A stretch of 64,000 nucleotides of DNA from Narcine bancroftii (Eukaryota): contig NC_091471.1 in the NCBI RefSeq assembly GCF_036971445.1, positions 358,980,001-359,044,000 on the forward strand. The letters run 5' to 3'. This document shows, one piece after another, positions 1 through 10,274 of the stretch. The position numbers and the translations under genes are program-made. Below the pieces are notes generated by a model. That model saw only the letters and a list, made by a program, of their open reading frames with translations. It searched no databases and was not told the origin of the DNA. Within the stretch, counting starts at the first letter, position 1. Every line of letters starts with the position of its first letter.

Positions 1-121
1 CACCCACTATAATAATTCTGTTTTAAAACCCTTCAGTGATCTGTTCTAGATCCTACTGCTTATCAAGCAGCCAATAGTACAAGTTTTCCCCTTTCTTATT
101 TCTGAGCTCTACCCAAAAGGT
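1..121 (-). mobile_element. Old CR1 LINE, ORF2 endonuclease fragment (downstream half of the element split by the RTE)
   Basis: Minus strand reads STETFWVELRNKKG and NRIIIVG, just before the GDFN motif. Confidence 0.75.
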
Positions 122-138
122 CTCAGTGGATGTCTCTT
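122..138. repeat. Target-site duplication, copy at the RTE 3' end
   Basis: CTCAGTGGATGTCTCTT; matches 4825-4842 with one indel. Confidence 0.85.
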
Positions 139-190
139 CTTTGGCTTGGCTTCGCGGACGAAGATTTATGGAGGGGGTAAAAAGTCCACG

Positions 191-2605
191 TCAGCTGCAG
201 GCTCGTTTGTGGCTGACAAGTCCGATGCAGGACAGGCAGACACGATTGCAGCGGTTGCAGGGGAAAATTGGTTGGTTGGGGTTGGGTGTTGGGTTTTTCC
301 TCCTTTGCCTTTTGTCAGTGAGGTAGGCTCTGCGGTCTTCTTCAAAGGAGGTTGCTGCCCGCCAAACTGTGAGGCGCCAAGATGCACGGTTTGAGGCGAT
401 ATCAGCCCACTGGCGGTGGTCAATGTGGCAGGCACCAAGAGATTTCTTTAGGCAGTCCTTGTACCTTTTCTTTGGTGCACCTCTGTCACGGTGGCCAGTG
501 GAGAGCTCACCATATAACACGATCTTGGGAAGGCGATGGTCCTCCATTCTGGAGACGTGACCCATCCAGCGCAGCTGGATCTTCAGCAGCGTGGACTCGA
601 TGCTGTCGACCTCTGCCATCTCGAGTACTTCGACGTTAGGGATGTAAGCGCTCCAATGGATGTTGAGGATGGAGCGGAGACAACGCTGGTGGAAGCGTTC
701 TAGGAGCCGTAGGTGGTGCCGGTAGAGGACCCATGATTCGGAGCCGAACAGGAGTGTGGGTATGACAACGGCTCTGTATACGCTTATCTTTGTGAGGTTT
801 TTCAGTTGGTTGTTTTTCCAGACTCTTTTGTGTAGTCTTCCAAAGGCGCTATTTGCCTTGGCGAGTCTGTTGTCTATCTCATTGTCGATCCTTGCATCTG
901 ATGAAATGGTGCAGCCGAGATAGGTAAACTGGTTGACCGTTTTGAGTTTTGTGTGCCCGATGGAGATGTGGGGGGGCTGGTAATCATGGTGGGGAGCTGG
1001 CTGATGGAGGACCTCAGTTTTCTTCAGGCTGACTTCCAGGCCAAACATTTTGGCAGTTTCCGCAAAGCAGGACGTCAAGCGCTGAAGAGCTGGCTCTGAA
1101 TGGGCAACTAAAGCGGCATCGTCTGCAAAGAGTAGTTCACGGACAAGTTTCTCTTGTGTCTTGGTGTGAGCTTGCAGGCGCCTCAGATTGAAGAGACTGC
1201 CATCCGTGCGGTACCGGATGTAAACAGCGTCTTCATTGTTGGGGTCTTTCATGGCTTGGTTCAGCATCATGCTGAAGAAGATTGAAAAGAGGGTTGGTGC
1301 CAGAACACAGCCTTGCTTCACGCCATTGTTAATGGAGAAGGGTTCAGAGAGCTCATTGCTGTATCTGACCTGACCTTGTTGGTTTTCGTGCAGTTGGATA
1401 ATCATGTTGAGGAACTTTAGGGGACATCCGATGCGCTCTAGTATTTGCCAAAGCCCTTTCCTGCTCACGGTGTCGAAGGCTTTGGTGAGGTCAACAAAGG
1501 TGATGTAGAGTCCTTTGTTTTGTTCTCTGCATTTTTCTTGGAGCTGTCTGAGGGCAAAGACCATGTCAGTAGTTCCTCTGTTTGCGCGAAAGCCGCACTG
1601 TGATTCTGGGAGAATATTCTCGGCGACACTAGGTATTATTCTATTTAGTAGAATCCTAGCGAAGATTTTGCCTGCAATGGAGAGCAACGTGATTCCCCTG
1701 TAGTTTGAGCAGTCTGATTTCTCGCCTTTGTTTTTGTACAGGGTGATGATGGTGGCATCACGAAGATCCTGAGGCAGTTTACCTTGGTCCCAACAAAGCT
1801 TGAAAAACTCATGCAGTTTGGCATGCAGAGTTTTGCCGCCAGCCTTCCAGACTTCTGGGGGGATTCCATCCATACCTGCTGCTTTGCCACTTTTCAGTTG
1901 TTCGATTGCCTTATATGTCTCATCCAGGGTGGGAACCTCATCCAGCTCTAGCCTTAGGGGCTGTTGAGGGAGCTGGAGCAGGGCGGAATCTTGGACTGAG
2001 CGGTTGGCACTGAAAAGAGATTGGAAGTGTTCTGACCATCGGTTGAGGATGGAGATCTTGTCGCTGAGGAGGACTTTGCCGTCTGAGCTGCGCAGCGGGC
2101 TTTGGACTTGGGGTGAGGGGCCGTACACAGCCTTTAGAGCCTCGTAGAAACCCCTGAAGTCGCCAATGTCCACGCTGAGCTGGGTTCGTTTGGCCAGGCT
2201 AGTCCACCACTCATTTTGGATCTCCCGGAGTTTGCGCTGAAGATGGCTGCATGCGCGACGGAAGGCTTGTTTCTTCTCTGGACAGGACGGCTTTGTAAGG
2301 TGAGCCTGGTGGGCAGCTCGCTTCTTTGCCAGCAGCTCCTGGATTTCCTGGTTGTTTTCGTCAAACCAGTCCTTGTTTTTCCTGGAGGAGAAGCCCAGTA
2401 CCTCTTCAGTGGATTGCAGTATGGTAGTCTTCAACTGATCCCAGAGGGTTTCAGGGGACGGGTCCGTGAGGCGGGTTGCATCGTCGAGCTTTGCTTTGAG
2501 GTTTGCCTGGAAGTTTCCTCTCGCTTCGTCTGACTGCAGGTTTCCAACATTGAACCTCTTTCTGGGGGCTTTACTGTTCCTGGGCTTTGGTTTGAAGTGA
2601 AGGTT
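191..2605 (-). pseudogene. RTE ORF, 3' part: reverse transcriptase and C-terminal zinc-finger-like region (frame open from 2605 to the stop at 191)
   Basis: YKNKGEKSDCSNYRGITLL, ESQCGFR, FVDLTKAFDTV, GVKQGCVLAPTLF, LFADD, YLG, RWMGHV, CNRC..SHKRAC; hand translation of 2435-2605 stays open (NLHFKPKPRN...WDQLKTT). Confidence 0.92.
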
Positions 2606-2645
2606 GAAGAAACAAGCCTTCCGTCGCGCATGCAGCCATCTTCAG

Positions 2646-4330
2646 TGTGGCATTCCGCGCTAGGCATGACCCTGGTGTGGAGCACATCTCGTTTGTCACT
2701 TTCTCGCACCAGGATGTAGTCCAGGAGGTGCCAGTGTTTGGATCGGGGATGCATCCAGGTGGTCTTAAGGCTGTCCCTCTGCTGAAAAAGGGTGTTTGTA
2801 ATGACAAGCCGCTGTTCTGCGCAGAGCTCCAACAGGAGGCGCCCATTGTCGTTGCACTTGCCGACGCCATGCTTGCCCAGGATTCCTGGCCAGGTTTCTG
2901 AGTCTTTGCCAACACGAGCGTTGAAGTCGCCCAGGATGACAACCTTGTCGGCTGTAGGGGTGCGTTGGATGAGGTTGCGCAGGTCGGTGTAGAACTTGTC
3001 CTTTTCTGCTGGTTCCGCTTGGAGGGTTGGAGCATAGACACTGATGAGGGTGATGTGACGCTTGTTCTGAAGGGGGAGTCGCATGGACATGATTCGGTCC
3101 GAGAGGCCTGTTGGAAGGTTTTCGAGTTTGGAGGCAATGAAGCTCTTGACCATGAAGCCTACACCAGATAGGCGTCGTTCATCCGAAGGCTTGCCAGACC
3201 AGTGGAGTGTGTAGCCCGCGCCGCGTTCTTGGAGGCTGCCTACATCTGCCAGGCGGACTTCACTGAGAGCAGCTATGTCGATGTCAAGTTTGAGGAGTTC
3301 ATGTGCAATGAGGGCAGACCGACGTTCAAGTTGGTGGCTGTAAGCCTTGGTTCTGATGTTCCAGCATGCTAGCTTGAGTTTGTGAGCATCTTTTGAGGGG
3401 GAGCACGCGGCGGGGGAGCACGCGGCGGGGGAGCACGCGGCGGGGGAGCACGCGGCGGGGGAGCACGCGGCGGGGGAGCACGCGGCGGGGGAGCACGCGG
3501 CGGGGGAGCACGCGGCGGGGGAGCACGCGGCGGGGGAGCACGCGGCGGGGGAGCACGCGGCGGGGGAGCACGCGGCGGGGGAGCACGCGGCGGGGGAGCA
3601 CGCGGCGGGGGAGCACGCGGCGGGGGAGCACGCGGCGGGGGAGCACGCGGCGGGGGAGCACGCGGCGGGGGAGCACGCGGCGGGGGAGCACGCGGCGGGG
3701 GAGCACGCGGCGGGGGAGCACGCGGCGGGGGAGCACGCGGCGGGGGAGCACGCGGCGGGGGAGCACGCGGCGGGGGAGCACGCGGCGGGGGAGCACGCGG
3801 CGGGGGAGCACGCGGCGGGGGAGCACGCGGCGGGGGAGCACGCGGCGGGGGAGCACGCGGCGGGGGAGCACGCGGCGGGGGAGCACGCGGCGGGGGAGCA
3901 CGCGGCGGGGGAGCACGCGGCGGGGGAGCACGCGGCGGGGGAGCACGCGGCGGGGGAGCACGCGGCGGGGGAGCACGCGGCGGGGGAGCACGCGGCGGGG
4001 GAGCACGCGGCGGGGGAGCACGCGGCGGGGGAGCACGCGGCGGGGGAGCACGCGGCGGGGGAGCACGCGGCGGGGGAGCACGCGGCGGGGGAGCACGCGG
4101 CGGGGGAGCACGCGGCGGGGGAGCACGCGGCGGGGGAGCACGCGGCGGGGGAGCACGCGGCGGGGGAGCACGCGGCGGGGGAGCACGCGGCGGGGGAGCA
4201 CGCGGCGGGGGAGCACGCGGCGGGGGAGCACGCGGCGGGGGAGCATGTGGACCTGTCCTCGGGCCTGCGCAAAGGAGCTTTTAGGTGGAGTGCAGTGCGC
4301 GCAGTACTGGCCCCACCCTTTACACCCATG
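2646..4330 (-). pseudogene. RTE ORF, 5' part: N-terminal extension with (PAACS)n and APE endonuclease, frameshifted relative to the RT part
   Basis: ACWNIRT, AALSEVR, VYAPT, ILGDFNARVG, TTWMHPRS, LLDYILV motifs; expected terminal (S/T)DH motif absent; ATG at 4330 is a candidate start only. Confidence 0.85.
3397..4245. repeat. Perfect 15-bp minisatellite (GGGGGAGCACGCGGC) x56 plus a partial unit
   Basis: Units start at 3397+15k and run to 4236; a degenerate unit GGGGGAGCATGTGGA follows. Confidence 0.98.
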
Positions 4331-4397
4331 GTTCGTGTGCCGTGGCCAAGCAAGCTGGGACGTAGCAGCGAGGTCCTTGGGTCGTAGGTTTTATATC

Positions 4398-4750
4398 GGC
4401 CCCGGTCCGGGCGAAGGGTAGACGGCGGCGGCCCCGATACGGGCAGGAGCAAGGGGGAGACGGCGGCCCCGGCCTCGGTCGAGTGAGGCAGGCGGAGGCC
4501 CCGGTCCGGACAGGGAGTGGGAGGCGGCGGCCCCAGTCCGGGCACAGGGAGAGCAGCAGCGGCCCCGGCCCCGGTCCGGGCAAAGGGTAGACGGCGGCGG
4601 CCTTGATCCGGGCAGGAGCAAGGGGGAGACGGCGGCCCCGGCCTCGGTCGAGTGGGGCAGGGGGAGGCCCCGATCCGGGCAGAGAGTGGGAGGCGGCGGC
4701 CCCAGTCCAGGCACAGGGTGAGCTGCGGCGGCCTCGGCCCCGGTCCGGGC
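4398..4750. repeat. GC/CpG-rich 169-bp tandem duplication in the RTE 5' region
   Basis: GGCCCCGGTCCGGGC recurs at 4398, 4567 and 4736 with colinear intervening sequence. Confidence 0.9.
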
Positions 4751-4824
4751 AGTATGGACCGACCTAGGAGGGGAGGCAGGCCCCTCCAGCCCGGGTAAGA
4801 AACCTGCATAGGAGAAGGCCACTC

Positions 4825-4842
4825 CTCAGTGGATGTACTCTT
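4825..4842. repeat. Target-site duplication, copy at the RTE 5' end
   Basis: CTCAGTGGATGTACTCTT; matches 122-138 with one indel. Confidence 0.85.
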
Positions 4843-5560
4843 GCAATAACCATCAGTCTCTGGAGCCAAAAATACAACCATTTTTCCCTGTCACATCTGG
4901 AGCATCCATACTCTGCAGTTTTGTCCTGAGAGTCCTGCCCCTCTCTCAAACAAGTTTCTGTTGTGCCAACATCATAGATGGCTGTACTAATCCAGGCTCT
5001 AACAACATCTGCTTGACCTGTTATAATCCTTGCATTAAAATAGATACATTTAAGGTCACTACTCCTGCCACGTTCATTATCCCAACATGCTTGTTATACC
5101 CTCTGTATTCTCCTCAATGAGACTACCTGTGGACCCTTTACACTGGTCCCCACCTCCCTGCTTTATAGTTTAAATTAGCAAAGCTTCCTGCAAAGACGTT
5201 GGCCCCTTCCAGTTTAGTGCAGTGTGTCCAGATCCCAACTGCCCTGGAAGAGATCCTAAATATTTAAGTACCTGAAGCCCTCCCTCTTACACCAGCTTTT
5301 TAGATAATAATTCAACTTTCTAAACTATGACCTCACTAGCACGATGGTACAGGGACTAATCCCAAGATGATAACCCTAGACGTCCTTCTTTTCAATTTTC
5401 CCTGAATTTTCCAAGCAGGACTTGGTCTCTCTTTCTATGTTATTAGACACAAGAGAGACCGTTACCTCTGGCTTTTTACCATTCTTTCTCACATTGTCCA
5501 GTATCCATTAGGTGACATCCGTAACTCTGGCACCACTATCCTGGAATCTCACTACAGCCA
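4843..5560 (-). mobile_element. Old CR1 LINE: ORF2 start and ORF1 esterase-like remnant
   Basis: Minus strand LKCIYFNARIITGQADVVRAWIST...TETCLREGQD (CR1 ORF2 N-terminus); NWKGANVFAG-like ORF1 remnant near 5190-5220. Confidence 0.75.
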
Positions 5561-5571
5561 TAAAAATAGCT

Positions 5572-5937
5572 ATATAACAATTACAGCACAGAAACTGGCC
5601 AGTTTTCCCCTTCTATTCGATGCCGGACACCTCCAACCTAGTCCCATTGACCTGCAACTGGCCTATCACACTCCACATCTCTCTCATCCAGATACCCATC
5701 CAACTTTTCTTTAATTAAAATCGAACCCGCATCTACCACTTCGGCTGGAAGCTAATTCCACTCTCCCACCGACCTGAGTGGAGAAATTCCCCCTCATGTT
5801 TCCCCTAAACTTTTCCCTCTTCAATCGCAATCCATGCCCTCTTGTTTGAATCTCCCCCACTCTTAGCGAGCAAAAGCCTGTCCACATCGACACTATTTGT
5901 CCCTCTAATAATTTTAAATACCTCTATCAAATCACCT
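5572..5937 (-). mobile_element. CR1 3' fragment
   Basis: LRVGEIQTRGHGLRLKREKFRGNMRGNF C-terminal motif plus 3' tail. Confidence 0.85.
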
Positions 5938-6339
5938 ATTTGAACCTCTGACAATAGAGTATGCTATCACTTCCACTCACCTGGACTTTGACTCTCTCAT
6001 CTAATATAGATCCTGAATTATAACCTATGCGACTTATGCCCATCTGTACCTACAATCAAAAAAGTGCAAATTTTAAAAACATTAAAAATATAGTAGAAAT
6101 TACACTTCAGGGTGAAAGTAGGGGACTATCTATGGACACTCTCATGAGAGCTGGCCTGGGCAGACACTTCTCATGAGAGGCAGACACCCTCTCACGCGAG
6201 CCGGCCTTGGTGGCCGCCATGTTGCATTTGAAAAACAATAAAATGGATACAGTGAATTTGCAACTTGTGTCCATTTACAGATATGACCAGTCAGTCAGAA
6301 CAGAACTCTGTCGTAAATTGGGGATTACCTATACAACAG

Positions 6340-6690
6340 TCACTTATCTGGCTGTGACTGTCCCTTGAGATACCATCTCCCCAACAGTATCTTAGACCAT
6401 AGAATTGCTCAAGAGGGGACAGGCCACTGGTGGCTCCTACACTGTTTGTCTTCCCTTCTGATCTCCAACTATTGTGGTGAACCAACAGTGTGACCACCTT
6501 CTTGAAACTCCTCTCAAACATCTGCCTTCTGTGTCTCCAACCGATCCAGTCTGAATGGTGCTTCAGCAAGATACTCTTACTTCTAATGCTATGGTTAGAG
6601 ACACGAGCCCTCCCCCATTTCACAGGGTAGCACACCACTCCACTGACTGCATTACTCCTCCAGTTACTACTGTCTCCAAAGAAGGAAAGA
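6340..6690 (-). mobile_element. Probable CR1 ORF1 remnant continuing the element at 4843-5560
   Basis: Minus strand resembles the CR1 ORF1 PVAxPLxN...DTVG motif near 6378-6430. Confidence 0.5.
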
Positions 6691-6747
6691 GGCCTTACTT
6701 TTTCTCACTTTACATCGCTTCAATCCTAACTTCTCTTGAGTAAGTGA

Positions 6748-7583
6748 TTTTTTTTTTTTCTTTCTTTGGCTTGGCTTCATGGACGAAGATTTATGGAGGG
6801 GTATGTCCACGTCTGCTGCAGGCTCGTTGGTGACTGACAAGTCCGATGCGGGACAGGCAGGCACAGTTGGAGTGGTTGCAAGGGAAAATTGGTGGGTTGG
6901 GGTTGGGTGTTGGGTTTTTCCTCCTTTGTCTTTTGTCAATGAGGTGGGCTCTGTGGTCTTCTTCAAAGGAGGTTGCTGCCCGCCGAACTGTGAGGAACCA
7001 AGATGCACGGTTGGAGGCGATATCAGCCCACTGGCAGTGGTCAATGTGGCAGGCACCAAGAGATTTCTTTAAACAGTCCTTGTACCTCTTCTTTGGTGCA
7101 CCTCTGTCTCGGTGGCCAGTGGAGAGCTTGCCGTATAACACGATCTTGGGAAGGTGATGGTCCTCCATTCTGGAGACGTGACCCACCCAGCGCAGTTGGG
7201 TCTTCAGCAGCGTGGATTCGATGCTTGCGGACTCTGCCAGCTCGAGTACTTCGATGTTGGTGATGAAGTCACTCCAATGGATGTTGAGGATGGAGCGGAG
7301 ACAGCGCTGATGGAAGCATTCTAGGAGCCATAGGTGATGCCAGCAGAGGACCCATGATTCGGAGCTGAACAGGAGCGTGGGTATGACAACAGCTCTGTAT
7401 ACGCTGATCTTTGTGTGTTTCTTCAGGTGGTTGTTTTTCCAGAATCTTTTGTGTAGTCTTCCAAAGGCACTCTTTGCTTTGGCGAGTCTGTTGTCTATCT
7501 CATTGTCGATCCTTGCATCAGATGAAATGGTGCAGCCGAGGTAGGTAAACTGGTTGATGGTTTTGAGTTCTGTGTGCCCGATG
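6748..7583 (-). mobile_element. 5'-truncated RTE copy, different subfamily
   Basis: Colinear with 139-962; MGHVSRMEDHHLPKIVLYG; diagnostic differences such as NHLKKHT vs NQLKNLT. Confidence 0.93.
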
Positions 7584-7677
7584 ATCTTTTCACACTCAAC
7601 CTAAAAAGTCCTTTTCAGATTTGAAAACACCTTGATCAAGTCATCCCTTCAATCTCTCAGGCTCAAAGAAATATACT

Positions 7678-7903
7678 GAAACACCAAAGTCTGCAGTCAT
7701 TGTGATGTTAGTAAAAACACACCATAAATGCTGAAGGAACTCAGCCAGTCTCACAGCATCCTTAGGAGGTAAATATACATTTCTGACCTTTTGGACCCAA
7801 GATCTTCATAATGTATGCTTAATAAAGTAATACATCTTTAACTCCTATGGACACAGCAAGACCAGCAGAGTTCCTCCAGCTTTTACTGTGTGTGTTTTAC
7901 TTC
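7678..7903. mobile_element. Penelope pseudo-LTR-derived fold-back element
   Basis: GTAAAAACAC..GCTGAAGGAACTCAGC arm inverted against GCAGAGTTCCTCCAGC..GTGTTTTAC. Confidence 0.65.
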
Positions 7904-7921
7904 AAAAAAGTATACACTAAT

Positions 7922-8159
7922 TGTAGAGCTCGTCAAAAGAATCAAAGACGTTGATCCAAACCAAGGCTTTTATTAGCAAAAGACAGGAGCTCTTCACAGG
8001 TGGCCGACCAGTCCGGAATGATCCGACCTGGCTCGGGACACAACCCTTTAAGGCCCAGACAGTAGGCGTGGCTTAGCTCTCAGCCAATCGCTGTAAGCAC
8101 AGTCTAGATACTGTAACTATATACACTATATACATTGGTGATAAATCTGTACTATCACA
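7922..8159 (-). mobile_element. Solo LTR (238 bp, probably Gypsy-type)
   Basis: TG...CA termini (TGTAGAG...TATCACA), flanks CTAAT/CCAAT (4/5 TSD), AATAAA on the minus strand. Confidence 0.75.
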
Positions 8160-9689
8160 CCAATGAATTAAAATGAATGTATCTGATTTCCATTAACTGC
8201 CACTTTCCATGGTTAGAACTGATTAAATATCTTTTTAAATCACAGCAGTCTCATAATGTAATAGTTGGCCATATGGAAATCGAAGTTCATTTTATTGCTG
8301 ATTAGTGTACTTTTAAAATTAGATCTGTTAAATCATTTGTAAAAATCCATTCTTAAAGCCCCCCTCCCATAGTACTCAGTCCTATGGTTTGCTCTGCAAA
8401 CAAAGCCACTGTGTGGAAGAATTTTCCATCTTTCCTCATTTTTGATATTTAGTGGTCATTCTTCAGGGTCTTGCAAATCACAGGTGAAAATATTCTTCTC
8501 AAGGTGTTTAATTGATACGAATTAGCCCGGATGTGGAAGTAATAATAATTATAAAGTTCTGTTATGGCCTGAGAAACCATTGCTCCAGTTGCACAAACAA
8601 TAGGTAATTCAAGAACAATAGAGTTTCAGGACAAAGAGTTTCAGGACAAATCTGGGTTACTTGCACAATGAAGTTTGGTGCAATGATTGCCAAAGGAACA
8701 TTGAGCGTTACCCTCCCTCTGGCAAGGTTTCAGAAAGTTGATTTGAATCAGGCAGACCTGCCTGAGGGGTGACTAGCTGGATTCTAATTGCTTAGAATTT
8801 CTGCATGGTCTTATGATGGGTCACACCAGGACCTCTTGTTGTTTTGGCTCACACCGGCCAGGTGGGTCTGAGGTTCAATTTCACAGCTCCAGACATCCTC
8901 TGATCCCCTTGAAGAAGGGCTTAGACCCGAAACATCATTAATATATTTTTACCTGTGAGTTCCTCCAGCATCTCTGTGCTTTTAATACAACCACAGGGTC
9001 TGCAGACTTCCGTGTTTCATTCCATCCTTGGACGCAAAAACACGAGAGAGACTGCAGATGTTGAAATCCGGAGCAAAAGAAATATCTGCTTTAGAACCTC
9101 AGCTGACAGAGCCCACGAACTTGAGAAAAAGGACGGGCAACACTGGATTCTGGCCCGAAATAAATAAATCTCACTCACTGATGCTGTATGATTGGCTGAG
9201 TTCCACCAGCAGACTGTTCTTAAATCTCCTAACCTGAGCCTTGGAAGTGAATGAGTGGGATTGAAACCTCTTGCGATGTTGCAGTCATTCTTTCAGCCAC
9301 CAACATACAAGCATTGAGTTAAGCATTTGTGGTAACCATTTACCAAATTCTGAATACTCATTTTAAATACTGTTGGACAAAATTAACTCAGTGCGTCAAA
9401 CACAGGTTCAATAGCCAATTACTTTACTGCCCTCTACAGTCCAAATGTGGTCTTTCTCAATCAGAAATTAATGTCACTTACTAGAAAATATTAAAGGTGC
9501 TCCTGTAAATACCCTTGCAAAATATTTTACTAATGTCATCTGATAATAGTAAACACAAGATTTTGTTAATCATGCTTTAAATATAATGTATAGGCAACTT
9601 GATAGGGTGGGACAGTCAAGAGTTCCTTTCCAGACAGTAAAAGCATCACACTGCTGAGGACATGTGGCGAAGGTGAGGGGCAGGAAGTT

Positions 9690-10255
9690 CAGGGGAGAGG
9701 TGTGGGACACTTGCTTTAAAATTATACCCACAGATAGCAAGTGCCTGGAACGGGCTGCCAAAGGAAGCGGTGGAAGCAGAGAAAATAGAAACTTTCATGA
9801 GTCTGTCTAAAGCAGTGGCTCTCAACCTTTTACTTTGCACTCACACACCACTAAGTAATCCCTATGCCATCGGTGCTCTGTGATTAGTAAGGGATTGCTT
9901 AAGGTGGTATGTGAGTAGGAAGGGAAGGTTGAGAACCATTGTTCTAGACCCATATTTTGCTGGAGAAAAATTGTCATTGGCCTATTTCTTTTGGAGTTAT
10001 GAAACCGTTCACATAACGAGTCAATTAGGTATGATTTAAACAGTGGTTTTCAAACATTTTATTCCACTCACATACCACCTTAAGCAATCCCTTACTAATC
10101 ATAGGGCACCTATGCCGGAGGGAATACTTAGTGGTACGTGAATGGCAAGGAGAAAGGTTCAGAACCACTGCTTTAGACAGATTCATGAATATGAAGAGGA
10201 TGAAGGGATATCTAGAAGGTGCATGCAGAGTTTAAATTTGATTTTGACACACATG
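9690..10255 (+). mobile_element. CR1 3' fragment interrupted by a hAT MITE
   Basis: GTGCCTGGAACGGGCTGCCA..GGTGGAAGCAG, resuming TTAGACAG..CATGAAT..GAAGGGATAT after 10170. Confidence 0.65.
9813..10170. mobile_element. hAT (Charlie-like) MITE, dimeric form
   Basis: TIRs CAGTGG(C/T)TCTCAACC...GGTTCAGAACCACTG; two palindromic monomers around a ~100-bp spacer. Confidence 0.85.
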
Positions 10256-10274
10256 TTCCCCACATTATAAATAA

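Larger units (their letters stand above)
139..4824 (-). mobile_element. Full-length RTE-clade (BovB-like) LINE
   Basis: APE endonuclease + RT + C-terminal CxxC..HxxxC on the minus strand; 3' tail ...GAAGCCAAGCCAAAGAAG shared with two other copies; flanked by CTCAGTGGATGT-CTCTT (122-138) and CTCAGTGGATGTACTCTT (4825-4842). Confidence 0.93.

Noticed and set aside
3397-4245. CRISPR-like array
   Set aside because: Head-to-tail identical units with no spacers, no cas genes, eukaryotic context
3326-4421. ORFs (RRVLP)n and (RRGST)n
   Set aside because: Alternative frames of the stop-free 15-bp minisatellite; no independent evidence of coding
4331-4881. Pro-rich N-terminal part of the 816-aa ORF as real protein
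   Set aside because: It starts outside the element (beyond the TSD) and runs through GC-rich 5' repeats where stops are rare
6040-6333. Possible Tigger-like MITE
   Set aside because: Only one TIR-like end (6311-6333) is visible, so boundaries cannot be supported
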